In this document: positions 1-9,677 of the stretch, one piece after another
Layout of the letters: every line of letters starts with the position of its first letter
How positions within the stretch are numbered: the stretch's first letter is position 1
From: Coniocarpon cinnabarinum
Lineage: Eukaryota
Length of the DNA stretch: 26,749 bases
Assembly: GCA_051942205.1 (NCBI GenBank)
Contig: JAVECO010000031.1
Location: 124,001 to 150,749 of the forward strand
Direction: 5' to 3'
The notes under the pieces: model-generated
Told to the model about the DNA's origin: nothing
The model's input: the letters and a program-made list of their open reading frames with translations, nothing else
Databases searched by the model: none
Translations under genes and position numbers: made by a program

Positions 1-2
1 TG

Positions 3-2167
3 CCAAGGCGCAACTACTGCACGATTCGCCCGTACGGCGGGGAAATGGATGAGTCGCCACCTGCGTCGATTTCCAATTTTGAAGACTCTCCACCCCGTCG
101 GCGACGCAGCTTTTCTCTGACCCGACGAAATTCTTCAACCAGTCAAGATGGAAGTCGTAAGCCCAGCTTGTTGCGAAGGCTGTCAAATCGTGTCGCCCCG
201 CCGTCATCCTATCGCGGTCCAGCAGACGTGCCATCAGGATCTCAAAATCCGTACTATTCACAGGGCATTGACCCCAGGGTGGACGGCAATCAGAGCGCTC
301 ATACGTCAACGCCTACTTCGGCACACGGTTCATCTACAGCAGTGGCGTCTGAGCCCGGATCGCGGTTGCAACGAAGCAATTCATACCTGCGTCGGCCGAA
401 CATAGGCGCAGATCCCAAAGCGTGGGCTAAGGATCCATCGGGACGTCAAGGCCACATTGATCTCACAAGTGGACTTGAGGTCGTCATCAGATGTGAGGTC
501 AATCAGAAAGACCCTTCCGGAAGGACCCAGCACTACCGACTTCTCGTGCCTGCGCTTGATTACCAGAGAGAAGCTGCATATCATAGAAGGCAGCCTAAGC
601 GGAGCAGTATGGCCGGACTTTTGGGTAGTATTCGCCGAAGAAAAGATCAGCAGAATAACGTTCAAGAAATGCCCTACGAGACGAATGAGCCGGCAACGCC
701 TGCAATGGCTGGCGATCAGCGCTACACAACGATGATGGAAGACCGAGAAAAGGCTGCGCTCGGTGCAACCACTGCGCGGAATACTGATCGTACGACAGCT
801 GCACAGGTGTTGAATGGCGAGGAGGCACGTTTGAGTCCACCAATGTCGCCAAGGAATCTACGCGAAAGAGCCACTTTAGATTCTTTACCGCGTTCTGGAG
901 TCGTCGAGACAGACATGCCTGCTGAAGTGCCGCGTCAACCATATCATGAGCAGAGACGGGGCTCACTGGATCAACATAGAGCTCATGCCTCTGTCGGCAG
1001 ATCTCGATCTCTTTCTGACAGATCGAATTCGTTCAAGAGAACCCGCCCCGAACAGAATCCTGAATCTTCAGAAGACAGGGCTATGTGGGGTGCGAAGCAG
1101 GTTCGTGGAGAACTGCAATCTAGTCAGTCTACTCGAACTTGCGAGCAAGAGAAGGGTCTCAGACGTTACTACGCTTCACCATTTGACTCGACGAAGCGGC
1201 AGGGGTACGATGACAGCCAATCGCCACCATTGCCATCGAAAGGACTAGCACCGCCCCTCGGCGCTGTGAACAATCGTGTTGATCTCATGCCTTCTCAGGC
1301 ACCCGGTCGTTCCGTCTCCGGTTCGAGTCATCAGAGAAAGGCCACAAATGCTGATGCACGAAGGGTCGTCAGCGATCCGGCGAGGAATAAAAAACAAGCC
1401 AACCAAACGACTGCAGCAGCAGCCATGCCAAGTCGCAGCAATCATCGTAGTGTCGAAAAGGATCCCTATGCCCATGTAAGTCACCTCACTGCCCCCAACA
1501 TCTGAAGTTATGAGCTGACTCCGCGCTTCACTAGTACATGCCAGAGGCAGTGGAAGCCGAGTTCCAGTCCGACGAAGACGTCAGCGACCTCGATGACGGC
1601 TATCGCCACCACAACAATCACAACCACGACGGCATCTCCGAAGTGTCATCTCTAGGAGATAACGAGCACATGTCTCGCCACGGTGAGCCTCGCGATGACT
1701 CCTTCGCCTCAACTCATACTAACACAAATGCAGCGCAAAACGGAGCCTACCGCGGTAGCCCACTCTACAGCGACGAAGATGACCTCGACGCCGATGACAT
1801 CTCGCCTGATATCCCCGCACAGTCTCCAGAGCGGAAGCGACACGGCGAACTGCAATCACGGTCACGTCCACAGAGCAAGATTGACAGACTGACGGGTGCG
1901 ACGGCCTCGGGTCAAAGGGCGAGCTATGCTAGTGGTCAGACGATGTCGGAAGATGAGGAGATGGGCGCCAGACCTGTAGGCCAAGGTGCGAGTGGCAAAG
2001 CCGCGAAGATGCTAGGCGCTGATCCGCATGAGGACATGAACGGAGGGAATGGTATGGCTGCTGGGAATGGTGCGAAAAGTGGGAGGTTGGGTGGTTTGAT
2101 GCGACGGCTTAGTGAGCAGGGTGAGAAGACGAGGAAGCGACTTAGTGCCAATGGAGGTGTGCGATGA
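3..2167 (+). CDS. 5'-truncated gene; C-terminal part of a probable fungal PhoD-like phosphatase-domain protein with a long disordered tail; exons <3..1475 and 1535..2167
   Basis: Frame is open from the window edge (PRRNYCTIRPY...). Motifs PRRN(Y/W)C and GLEVVIRCEVNQKDPSGRTQHYRLLVPALDY resemble the C-terminus of fungal PhoD-like proteins as I recall them. Phase-0 intron 1476..1534 (GTAAGT...GCTGAC...CTAG) joins ORF 45..1505 in frame to ORF 1538..2167. The rest is S/R/D-rich low complexity. The gene model is secure; the family call is moderate. Confidence 0.6.
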
Positions 2168-2589
2168 GTGAAGAGGAGGACGGTGGAAAGCAGCGGGAGT
2201 CCTCTGGGGGCTTTCTCAAATACCTGGTGAGAAGTGCAGCGAGGAGGGTTCTTTATGTTGCTCTCTGATGGGATGTTTTCTGAGATGGCTATGATTCATG
2301 GGTGTATGTACATTATGTAGTCGTTATTTGACAGCTCGAATTCCGTCGCGACTACTGGCTGTGCCCATTTCATGGTGCAGAACGTGATCATCTACTGGGA
2401 ATGACCGGACGATGGTTGTGCGTTTAATGAGCACAGTCCTCACGTTGATGTTTGATCTCCGCTGCTTCGTGTGCTATGAACATCTTCGCAGCGTCAAGCG
2501 CATGTCAGTAGTTGGCTCCACCGCTTTCAGTCGTCCCATGCCAGCACAGGTATTGATTTTCAAAGGGTGTCTACGTCGTCTTGAACGAT

Positions 2590-5500
2590 TCAGTAGAAAC
2601 TCTTCTTCTTGCTAAGTCGTCCTCCTTGTGCACGTTGATAGAGCTTATCCGCTTCTTCAAACCTGCCTTGGTTCTTGTACAAGACGATTAGCTGTTCGAC
2701 TCTGGCGAAAGTCCACGGATCATCTGGTCCGTATATCTTCTCAGAGAGAGCCAGCGCCCGTTGGTAAGCCGCCTCCGCCTCTTCAAACTTGCCTTGGTCC
2801 CGGTACAAGACGCCTAGCTTCCTGACGATATTGAACGTCGAAGTGTGAACCGTGCCGTATGTTTTCTCGGACATGGCCAACGCCCGTTGATAGGACGCCT
2901 CCGCTTTGGCAAGCTTGCCTTGATCCTTGTACAAGACGCTGAGTTTGCCGACTATATCGAGTGTTCGCGAGTGATCTATTCCGTGTATCTTCTCGGAGAT
3001 GTCCAGAGCTCGATCATACGACTCCTCCGCTTCGCTTTGCTTGCCCTGATCTTTATACAAGTCGCCCAAGTGGCAGAGGCTGGTGAATGTGGAAATGTGA
3101 TTGGGCCCGCGGAGTCTCTCGGAGGAACTGAGCAACCGCAGGTATATCTGTTCTGTATTGAACAGTCTCCTGGTATTCGAATATGTGGGGTCTAGGCCAA
3201 TGATTTTGCCCAGGCCTATTGCATTTTCGAGTAGCATTAGTTCAATTTCTTCATGGCCTTCTGCGGATGCAGCTGCGAGTGCACTGGAATATGCACCACC
3301 TCGGGCGTTGACATCCGCGCCTCTGTCAAGTAACAATCTGACAGCTTCTCTATGGCCTCCTGCTGCTGCTAACTCGAGCGGATTGCTACTGTGAGGGCTG
3401 CGTCTCGGTCCACTAACGTCTGCACCATGGTCGAGCAGCGTCTGGACGATATCCGCGTGGCCTCCCATTGACGCAGCTTCAAGCGCGGTCCTATAGTCGC
3501 GGTTTTCACCCGGATTGACGGTTGTATCTCTGTCCAGCAGTATCTCTACAATCTCTTTATGGCCTGCAATCGATGCCGCCTCGAGAGCAAAGCTGTTCGG
3601 GCCATCTTGCTGTGTACCAACGTGTGCACCGTTGTCAAGCAGGATCTGCACGACCTCCTTGTGGCCATTTCTTGACGCAGCTTGGAGCGCAGTGCCATGG
3701 TGGCCGCCCTGTGCGGTGACGTCTACGCCGTGTTCCAGCAGTGCTTGTGTATACTCATTTGAGCCGTCTGCTGGTAGCGTATTGCTGTAGTGGCCACTCT
3801 GCGCGTTTACGTCTGCGCCATGGTCAACCAGTATCTGTACAATCTCTTTATAGCCTTCTCGTGATGCTGCGTGAAGCGCGTTGCCACATTGACCACCCTG
3901 CGCGTTGACGTCTGCGCCTCTTTCCAATAACAGTCGCACCATACTTGTATCCCCAAATGCTGATGCAGCATAAAGCCCTGTCTCGCCGTGCCTGTCTCGA
4001 GCGTTGACGTCGGCTCCTTTGTCGAGAAGCGTATCTACGAAAAACATCTCGCCTCTGCGTAACGCGCTCATGAACATTGTACTTAAGTCGGCGTTTGCGT
4101 CAGACCGCCCATCTTCGCCATCTTTGGGTGAATCAATGCTGTCGCTGTGCGCCATATCGTCGTCTGGCTCGAGGTTATCTAAAGATTGGCGAGAAGCCTC
4201 ACTAGACCCAGCATTTGCTCCACGGGAAGCTACCTCTGATTCGATACTGCCACGAGCGTTTTCGTCCTCGTTGATATCTGCACAGGTTAAAGCAATTGCC
4301 GCAAGACGTTCAAGGTGACCGGCAATGTGCTTTGTCGGCTTTTTGAAATTCATTAACGGGGCGGAACAGAGCGGACACGGACGGCCGTTGTCGTTGAATG
4401 TGGTGAAGGTCGCAAGAGCGACACCATCCAATCCTTGCTGCGAGTCAACGTTGTGAAGCTGGCGATAATGGTCTTTGATTTCTTCGGTAGATGAGCATAT
4501 GAATGAGTGCTCGGAGCATCTCCAAGCCGGCCGGTGAATGATAGCTTCGTGGTCTGCCCATTCATTCCGCGTGCTGAAGAGGTGTCTATGACTTCTACAG
4601 CTTTCATAGGTGCATACGTAAGGTCTCAAGTCCCTCATTACATGTGCCCTGCCTTGTGTCAGTATGGTTCCTCGTTTAAAAGGTATAACAGCGTAAGACA
4701 GACTTACCTCCAAGCTTGCTCCTTTAAATATCGTTGATCGAGCAACAAGAAGCAGATAGGACATTCAAAATGAGTGCCGGTTAGCAATGATCTGGGAGCA
4801 GCCGGCATGTCAAATTGCTCTATGCCGTCACTTTGAAAAGTAAAGTCGCTTATGCTGGAGACCATTGAACTTGTTCCTGACGCAGATGAGTAGTTTGAGC
4901 GCACGTCTTCTCGGTCGATGGCTACATCTTGGACGGCTGTAGCTGTAGTTGGATTCGACGTTATGACTGAAGGACGTGAGTGACTCTCGTGATTGTCAGA
5001 GCTCTGCGGAGCCGTTTGCAGCTGATCCTGTGCTTCCGTTGACGCTGGTTGGACACTAGATGAAGAAGGTTGTTCATGGTTCGTCGCTCGTCTTAATTTG
5101 TCTTGGTGATGTTTCCAATACATGAGCTGTTGCCGTCTTCGAGTGCTTGCCTCTGCTAGTCTAGGCACAAGATATCCACCAGTGAGAGGCGAGTCGGCTT
5201 GATGAGGAGAGGGGCACCGGAAAAGCTCCTTGATGTGTCGTTCATCAAATAAATAGTACTGATGGAGTAGATCGACGTTTGTGTCAGGATCGATCGGCCT
5301 GTAGCGCCTAGCTTTGTCGCTGCTGATTTGATCTTGTTGGGGTTTAATGTAGCGTACCAGGCGTATGAGGTGAGCGATACCCTCATGACATGTTTGCAGT
5401 CTGGCTTTGCTTTCATACTCAACTGGGCGGTCGCTATTCGCACACAATTCGCTCGAGTCAGAGTCATCGCTCAGCTCGAGTTCGTCGTAAGGCAAACGCT

Positions 5501-5850
5501 CTGCAGAAAATATGGATAGCACTAGATTTCTAGTATTAGCAGTGCTAAGTAACAGACGAATTTCACTTACGGTCACTTGCGGCCTCCGCAAGGTCACGCA
5601 GTATTCTTCGAAATGTCTCTTCTATCAATGGAGCCTGGCGCAAACGATAATCTAAGCCAACATGACCTTCACGTAGTAGTGAAACGTTGCTACTCCACAA
5701 ACGAAACAGTGTTAGTTCGTCGTTTATATCGTCGATGGAAACTTGCTCCCGAAATCTGGATGTTCGCTCCAATGCTTGATACACTGTTATTGACCTCTTG
5801 ATGGTGTGCATGAAACGCTGACCCAAACTCGCCAGAGATTCTGTGGCCAT
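2590..5850 (-). CDS. ~1043-aa protein: N-terminal helical domain + C2H2-type zinc-finger cluster (AcuF-like family) + ~9 ankyrin repeats + ~4-5 TPR repeats; exons 5850..5571, 5500..4708, 4648..2590
   Basis: Introns 5570..5501 (GTAAGT...GCTAAT...CTGCAG) and 4707..4649 (GTAAGT...CTGAC...GGCAG) join three ORFs in frame. Splicing restores the family motif CPIC...WRAHVMRDLRPYVCTYESC...F..R..W..HE...H...CPLC...HIAGHLERLA. N-terminal FRLWSSNV...LDYRLRQAP motif. ANK units of the GADVNAQGG...ALQAAS..GH.EIV..LL type and 42-aa TPR units LG.LY.DQGK..EAE..YQRAL..SEK..G. Confidence 0.9.
2620..3120 (-). repeat. Tandem 126-bp (42-aa) TPR coding repeats, 4 clear copies
   Basis: The conserved block ...TTGCC(T/C)TG(G/A)T....(G/A)TACAAG(A/T)CG has its (G/A)TAC at 2677, 2803, 2929 and 3055, an exact 126-bp spacing. 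Confidence 0.9.
3223..4077 (-). repeat. Ankyrin repeat array (~9 units, ~99-bp period, one unit shortened by 9 bp)
   Basis: A GCGTT(G/T)ACGTC-like anchor occurs at 4001, 3902 and 3803 (99-bp spacing), then at 3713 (90 bp). Protein units GADVNA.. are repeated. Confidence 0.9.
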
Positions 5851-6134
5851 GACTACGGATGCAAGATATATAAAATGTTAATCGAAAATTATGCATGCAG
5901 GTCTGCAGTCGCTCAGAGGTATTTGTATTACGGTGAGGCGGCTGACCTCGGAGTCCAGGTCTGTGCGTTAGTAGGCGAATCAGCTTATACCTTCCTAGTG
6001 TGTGGGGCACGTGAGGGGTACGTACCGCTAATCTGCCTCGCGAGGATGTTGCGATGTCCATCGACTCTCGCAATGGAAGGGTTCTTCAGTTTTGTTCCTC
6101 TTCGTGTCTTTTTCCGCGCAGCTAAGATAATGCA
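5851..6134. promoter_or_regulatory. 284-bp shared (bidirectional) promoter region between the divergent pair
   Basis: Start codons at 5850 (-) and 6135 (+). Contains TATATAAA at 5867-5874 and palindromes CACGTG (6008-6013), GGTACGTACC (6017-6026) and CCTCGCGAGG (6036-6045). Confidence 0.65.
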
Positions 6135-7856
6135 ATGTCCGGATTCGAGATTGCTGGGCTTGTCCTGAGCACCATACCATTGATTGTAGAAGCCCTGGAC
6201 TCATACAAAGCTTGGAAAGGACGCATAGCTATCTTCCGAAAATATGGCTTTTTACTTGATAGCTTAACCAGAGAGTTGAAAGCGCAAAACGTCATTTTTG
6301 TCAATAACATCGGAGTCATCTTTCACTTGGCGGGAGTCGAATTGTCACACTCCACGGACTTGGCACAGAATAGTGTGGGACTGATAGATGAGGCGATCGC
6401 TGATGAAGATATCCAAAGGTACTTGGGATCAGCTTATGATCCATTTGTTAGGCTGATAGAGGCATATCGAGAAAATGTCGACAGAATAGCCTCGAAGTTA
6501 GAGAGGCCGGTAGCGTTCTTCAATGTTAGTAGGCAGACGTGCTATACAGCCTTTTCCGCTGCTGACCTGTTGTAGCCAACTGCACGTACGTACAAGGACA
6601 TACTCATTGCTAAAAAGCTAGTCGATGGTGCGGACAACTTTCACAGCAAGTTAAAATTCACTATGTCGAAAAAAGAAATTGATGCAACGATTCACGAATT
6701 TGGCAGATGTGGTCAAACGTTCGAACGCTTCTGCAACAGTTACAGGAATCTCGAGCCGATAGATCGAGGGAAGTTCTCTAGCAAAGGAAACAAGACTGCC
6801 AGCTCTCTCGTGGGTGTAAAGGCTCACGCTCAACGGCTTTTCAACGTCATCTCGGGGAAATGGTCAGATTGCCATTCAACCCATGAAGTAAACGTTCGAT
6901 TAGATGCACGCCTTGATAACGCAAAAGCGTCGGGGTCAAGAGGAAGACAAGGTTGTGTGACTTTTTATATGGGGATAGGAGCGCCAGGGGCAGGCTTGGC
7001 TCAGGGCTTGCCATGGTTTGAGACGCTTGTAGATTCAACTGATGAGCGAGCGGCCATTAAGAAAGCAGCAAAGGTGACTTTTCAAGTTGGGCCCGGAGAA
7101 GATGCCGAAGAAACGTCCATGGAAGGTCTGCTCACGGAACAGGTCACCAATATCTGCAAAATCATCAGTCAAGCTCAAGATTCTTCGCATGACCTGACCT
7201 TCTTAGTAGACTCCCAAGACAAGCTGAGAGCTTCTAGGAAAGGGGAGCATCCGGCCCCAATCTTGTGCACCGAAACCCGTAAGCCAGTCACCCTTGCATC
7301 AATCTTGGACGCTCGTTTCCGAACTAGGGAGACTCATAGGCTTGATCGAATTACTCGCCTGCGTGTCGCGGTCATCCTTGCATCGACAATCTTCCAACTG
7401 TCCGATACGGCTTGGATGATTGCGGGACCAATCAAAGATCGGGTCCTCTTTCCACTACATTCAAATGCCGTCGAGGAATCCCCACGAATTGACGCAACAC
7501 ACCCGTTCATCTCCACTGAACATGTCGACTTCAGTCACAAGTCCAACGCACCTTTGAAGTTCGCACTACTTGAGCTTGGCATCGTTCTCCTCGAGCTGTG
7601 GCATAATGTGAGTTTTGAGCAATTCTGTGCCGAGAAGCAGATCACGCATGGAGACGAATTTTATAAGCGGCTCGAGCCTGCACATCGATGGTTTGAGGAG
7701 ACAGAGGGTGACATGGTTGGGCGGCATAGCAAAGCCGTGAGCTCGTGCATCAGGTGCCTCAGCAAAGATACCAACTTTGATGATCGCACCTTTCGCAGTG
7801 AGATGTTTGAATCCATTCTGCGGCCTCTTGACGAGAACACGAGAGATGTGTCCTGA
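6135..7856 (+). CDS. ~556-aa protein: fungal 'MSGFEIAGLVL' N-terminal helical (HeLo-like) domain + C-terminal degenerate kinase-like domain (DUF7580-like); exons 6135..6524, 6576..7856
   Basis: Phase-0 intron 6525..6575 (GTTAGT...GCTGAC...TGTAG) removes the in-frame stop and joins the two ORFs. The C-terminus has kinase C-lobe echoes: VTLASIL, RLRVAVILASTIFQL..TAW, LLELGIVLLELW, KAVSSCIRC, F...ILRPL. No HRD or DFG motif. Confidence 0.85.
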
Positions 7857-8274
7857 CAGGCAAGTGAACAAGAGTTTGACCCGGTTCGTGCAGGGTTCCA
7901 AAGGAGGATGTGTCTGGCAGTGAAGAGGTGGAAATCGTTTGCCCAACATGTAAGATCTGTCCTTATCTCAGATATCCCTGTAAGCTTTTGTAATGTACAA
8001 GAGCATTGAAGCAGTGATGTGAGTCCCTGAGGTCCAGGCGTTGAAATTAGGACGGGTGACGGTACAAAGTTGAAGTGGACTAAAGGGCGTGACGGCGCTA
8101 TTTTCTATTTTCAGGGGCTAACCGCTTCGTCTGGTCTTGGCACCTGTTTCAACACCTATTTGTCTCGTGATTCATGAAACCCTTTGCAATCTATTCTCAT
8201 CACATAAAGCCGCTGCGACGACATCAAGTTCAGCCCCACCGCAGATATCAGTCAACAGTAGCGAGAGGCTCAAC

Positions 8275-9629
8275 ATGAGTGTTGCTGTTGAACGCGAGCT
8301 TCGCGTTCTAGCTGTGGCCAGCCATGTAAGCTAGCGCTTCTTACTGGGGTAACCCACGCAATGCGGACCGGGGTTGACAAAGCCTCAGGTCACGTATGGG
8401 TGAGTGTGTCTCATATATCACAAACGACGCAATCGTGCCTCCTCTGCGACCCAATATTATATGTGAACGTACGGAGTAGTCCTTTTGCTGGTCATCGGAC
8501 GAGTCGCAATGCTTACACGAGTGCTTCGACCGTGAACACTTCCCCACCCAACTAATCATACTAACATCGAGCCAGCTATGTCGGCAACAAGATGGTCACC
8601 ACAACGCTGTCTCTGCTCAATGCCGATGCCTCTGCAATCAACACCGTCAACTTTTCCAATCACACGGGGTACGAGCAATTTTCTGGCCGCCGTACCCCAG
8701 CTGCAGAGATCCGCGAGCTCTACAACGGACTCGTGATGTCACATCTTGCCGAAGATTTCGACATCTTGCTCACTGGCTATACGGGCTCGGCCGAAGCTGT
8801 GCAATCCGTTGGTGACATCGCACGTGATCTTCGTCGCAGACGAGGCGATGACCTTTTCTGGATCATGGATCCGGTCATGGGCGACGCGGGGCGGCTATAC
8901 GTGGCGGCAGATATCCCCCAAGTATATCGCAGTCTCTCCCAGCTTGCTGATCTGGTTCTGCCAAACGCGTTTGAGCTCGAGGTGCTGACGGAGATGAGTG
9001 TAACGGATTTGCGCTCTTGTGTGACCGCGATGGAAAGTCTACACCAGAGGCATGGTGTTCGGAATGTTGTCGTGACATCTCTGCGGCTGGGGCGGCAAGA
9101 TCTCACGTCCGCACCGTTGTTCGCGGACTTGAGACACGACGAGATATTAGGTGTGGTGGGGAGCACGTCGACAAGTGATGGATCGTCGCGACCATTTCTG
9201 CTCACAATTACATTGCTCCCAGTCTCATTTCGAGGTACAGGTGACATGTTTGCAGCTTTGATGGCTGTACGACTCCGCGAAGCCGCTTTGTCACGAGGGC
9301 TCGTAGGGAATGGCGCTTCTTGGTCTCCGGGAAACGACATCACAGCCACTGAGTTGCCTTTAGCAAAGGCGACTGAGAAGGTGCTTGCAAGCATATATGC
9401 GGTGCTCGCAAAGACGGCCAAGAGGAGAGACACAGAATTAGTCGTTCCAAGCAAGGTTTCGAGTGACGAGGAAAATGAGGAGAAGGCGCAGCACCTCAGA
9501 ACAACGAAGGCGAGTGAGGTGCGAGTCGTTCAGCATGTCGAGGAGCTTCGAAACCCACCTATCAACGGCTTCAATGGCGTGCAGTTCACTGCGCAGGATG
9601 TTGCAACCATCCTCTCGCGTCTTCCATGA
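8275..9629 (+). CDS. BUD16: Pyridoxal kinase (BUD16/PdxK family, ribokinase fold), ~371 aa; exons 8275..8325, 8389..8399, 8576..9629
   Basis: Splicing introns 8326..8388 (GTAAGC..CAG) and 8400..8575 (GTGAGT..CTAAC..CAG) restores RVLAVASHVTYGYVGNK. Downstream motifs: NTVNFSNHTGY, LLTGY, DPVMGD, PNAFELE, GTGDMFAAL. Confidence 0.95.
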
Positions 9630-9677
9630 ATACAACGATCGTCCTTTGAACATTGCGTGAAAGGAACGACGACGTCA

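Noticed and set aside
2620..3120. Regularly spaced DNA repeats considered as a CRISPR-like or satellite array
   Set aside because: The 126-bp period is in-frame coding TPR sequence in a eukaryotic gene.
4704..4764. ORF-track start MSYLLLVARS for the 724-aa ANK/TPR ORF
   Set aside because: It lies out of frame within exon 2 and reads through an intron; the spliced model restores the conserved zinc-finger motif.
8400..8575. TPP riboswitch in a vitamin-metabolism gene intron
   Set aside because: The conserved TPP aptamer signature (GCUGAGA ... CUGAU ... AUGC ... GGGA) is not present.
8777..9454. 225-aa antisense ORF inside pyridoxal kinase
   Set aside because: Shadow frame of a GC-rich coding strand; no recognisable motifs and a non-ATG start.
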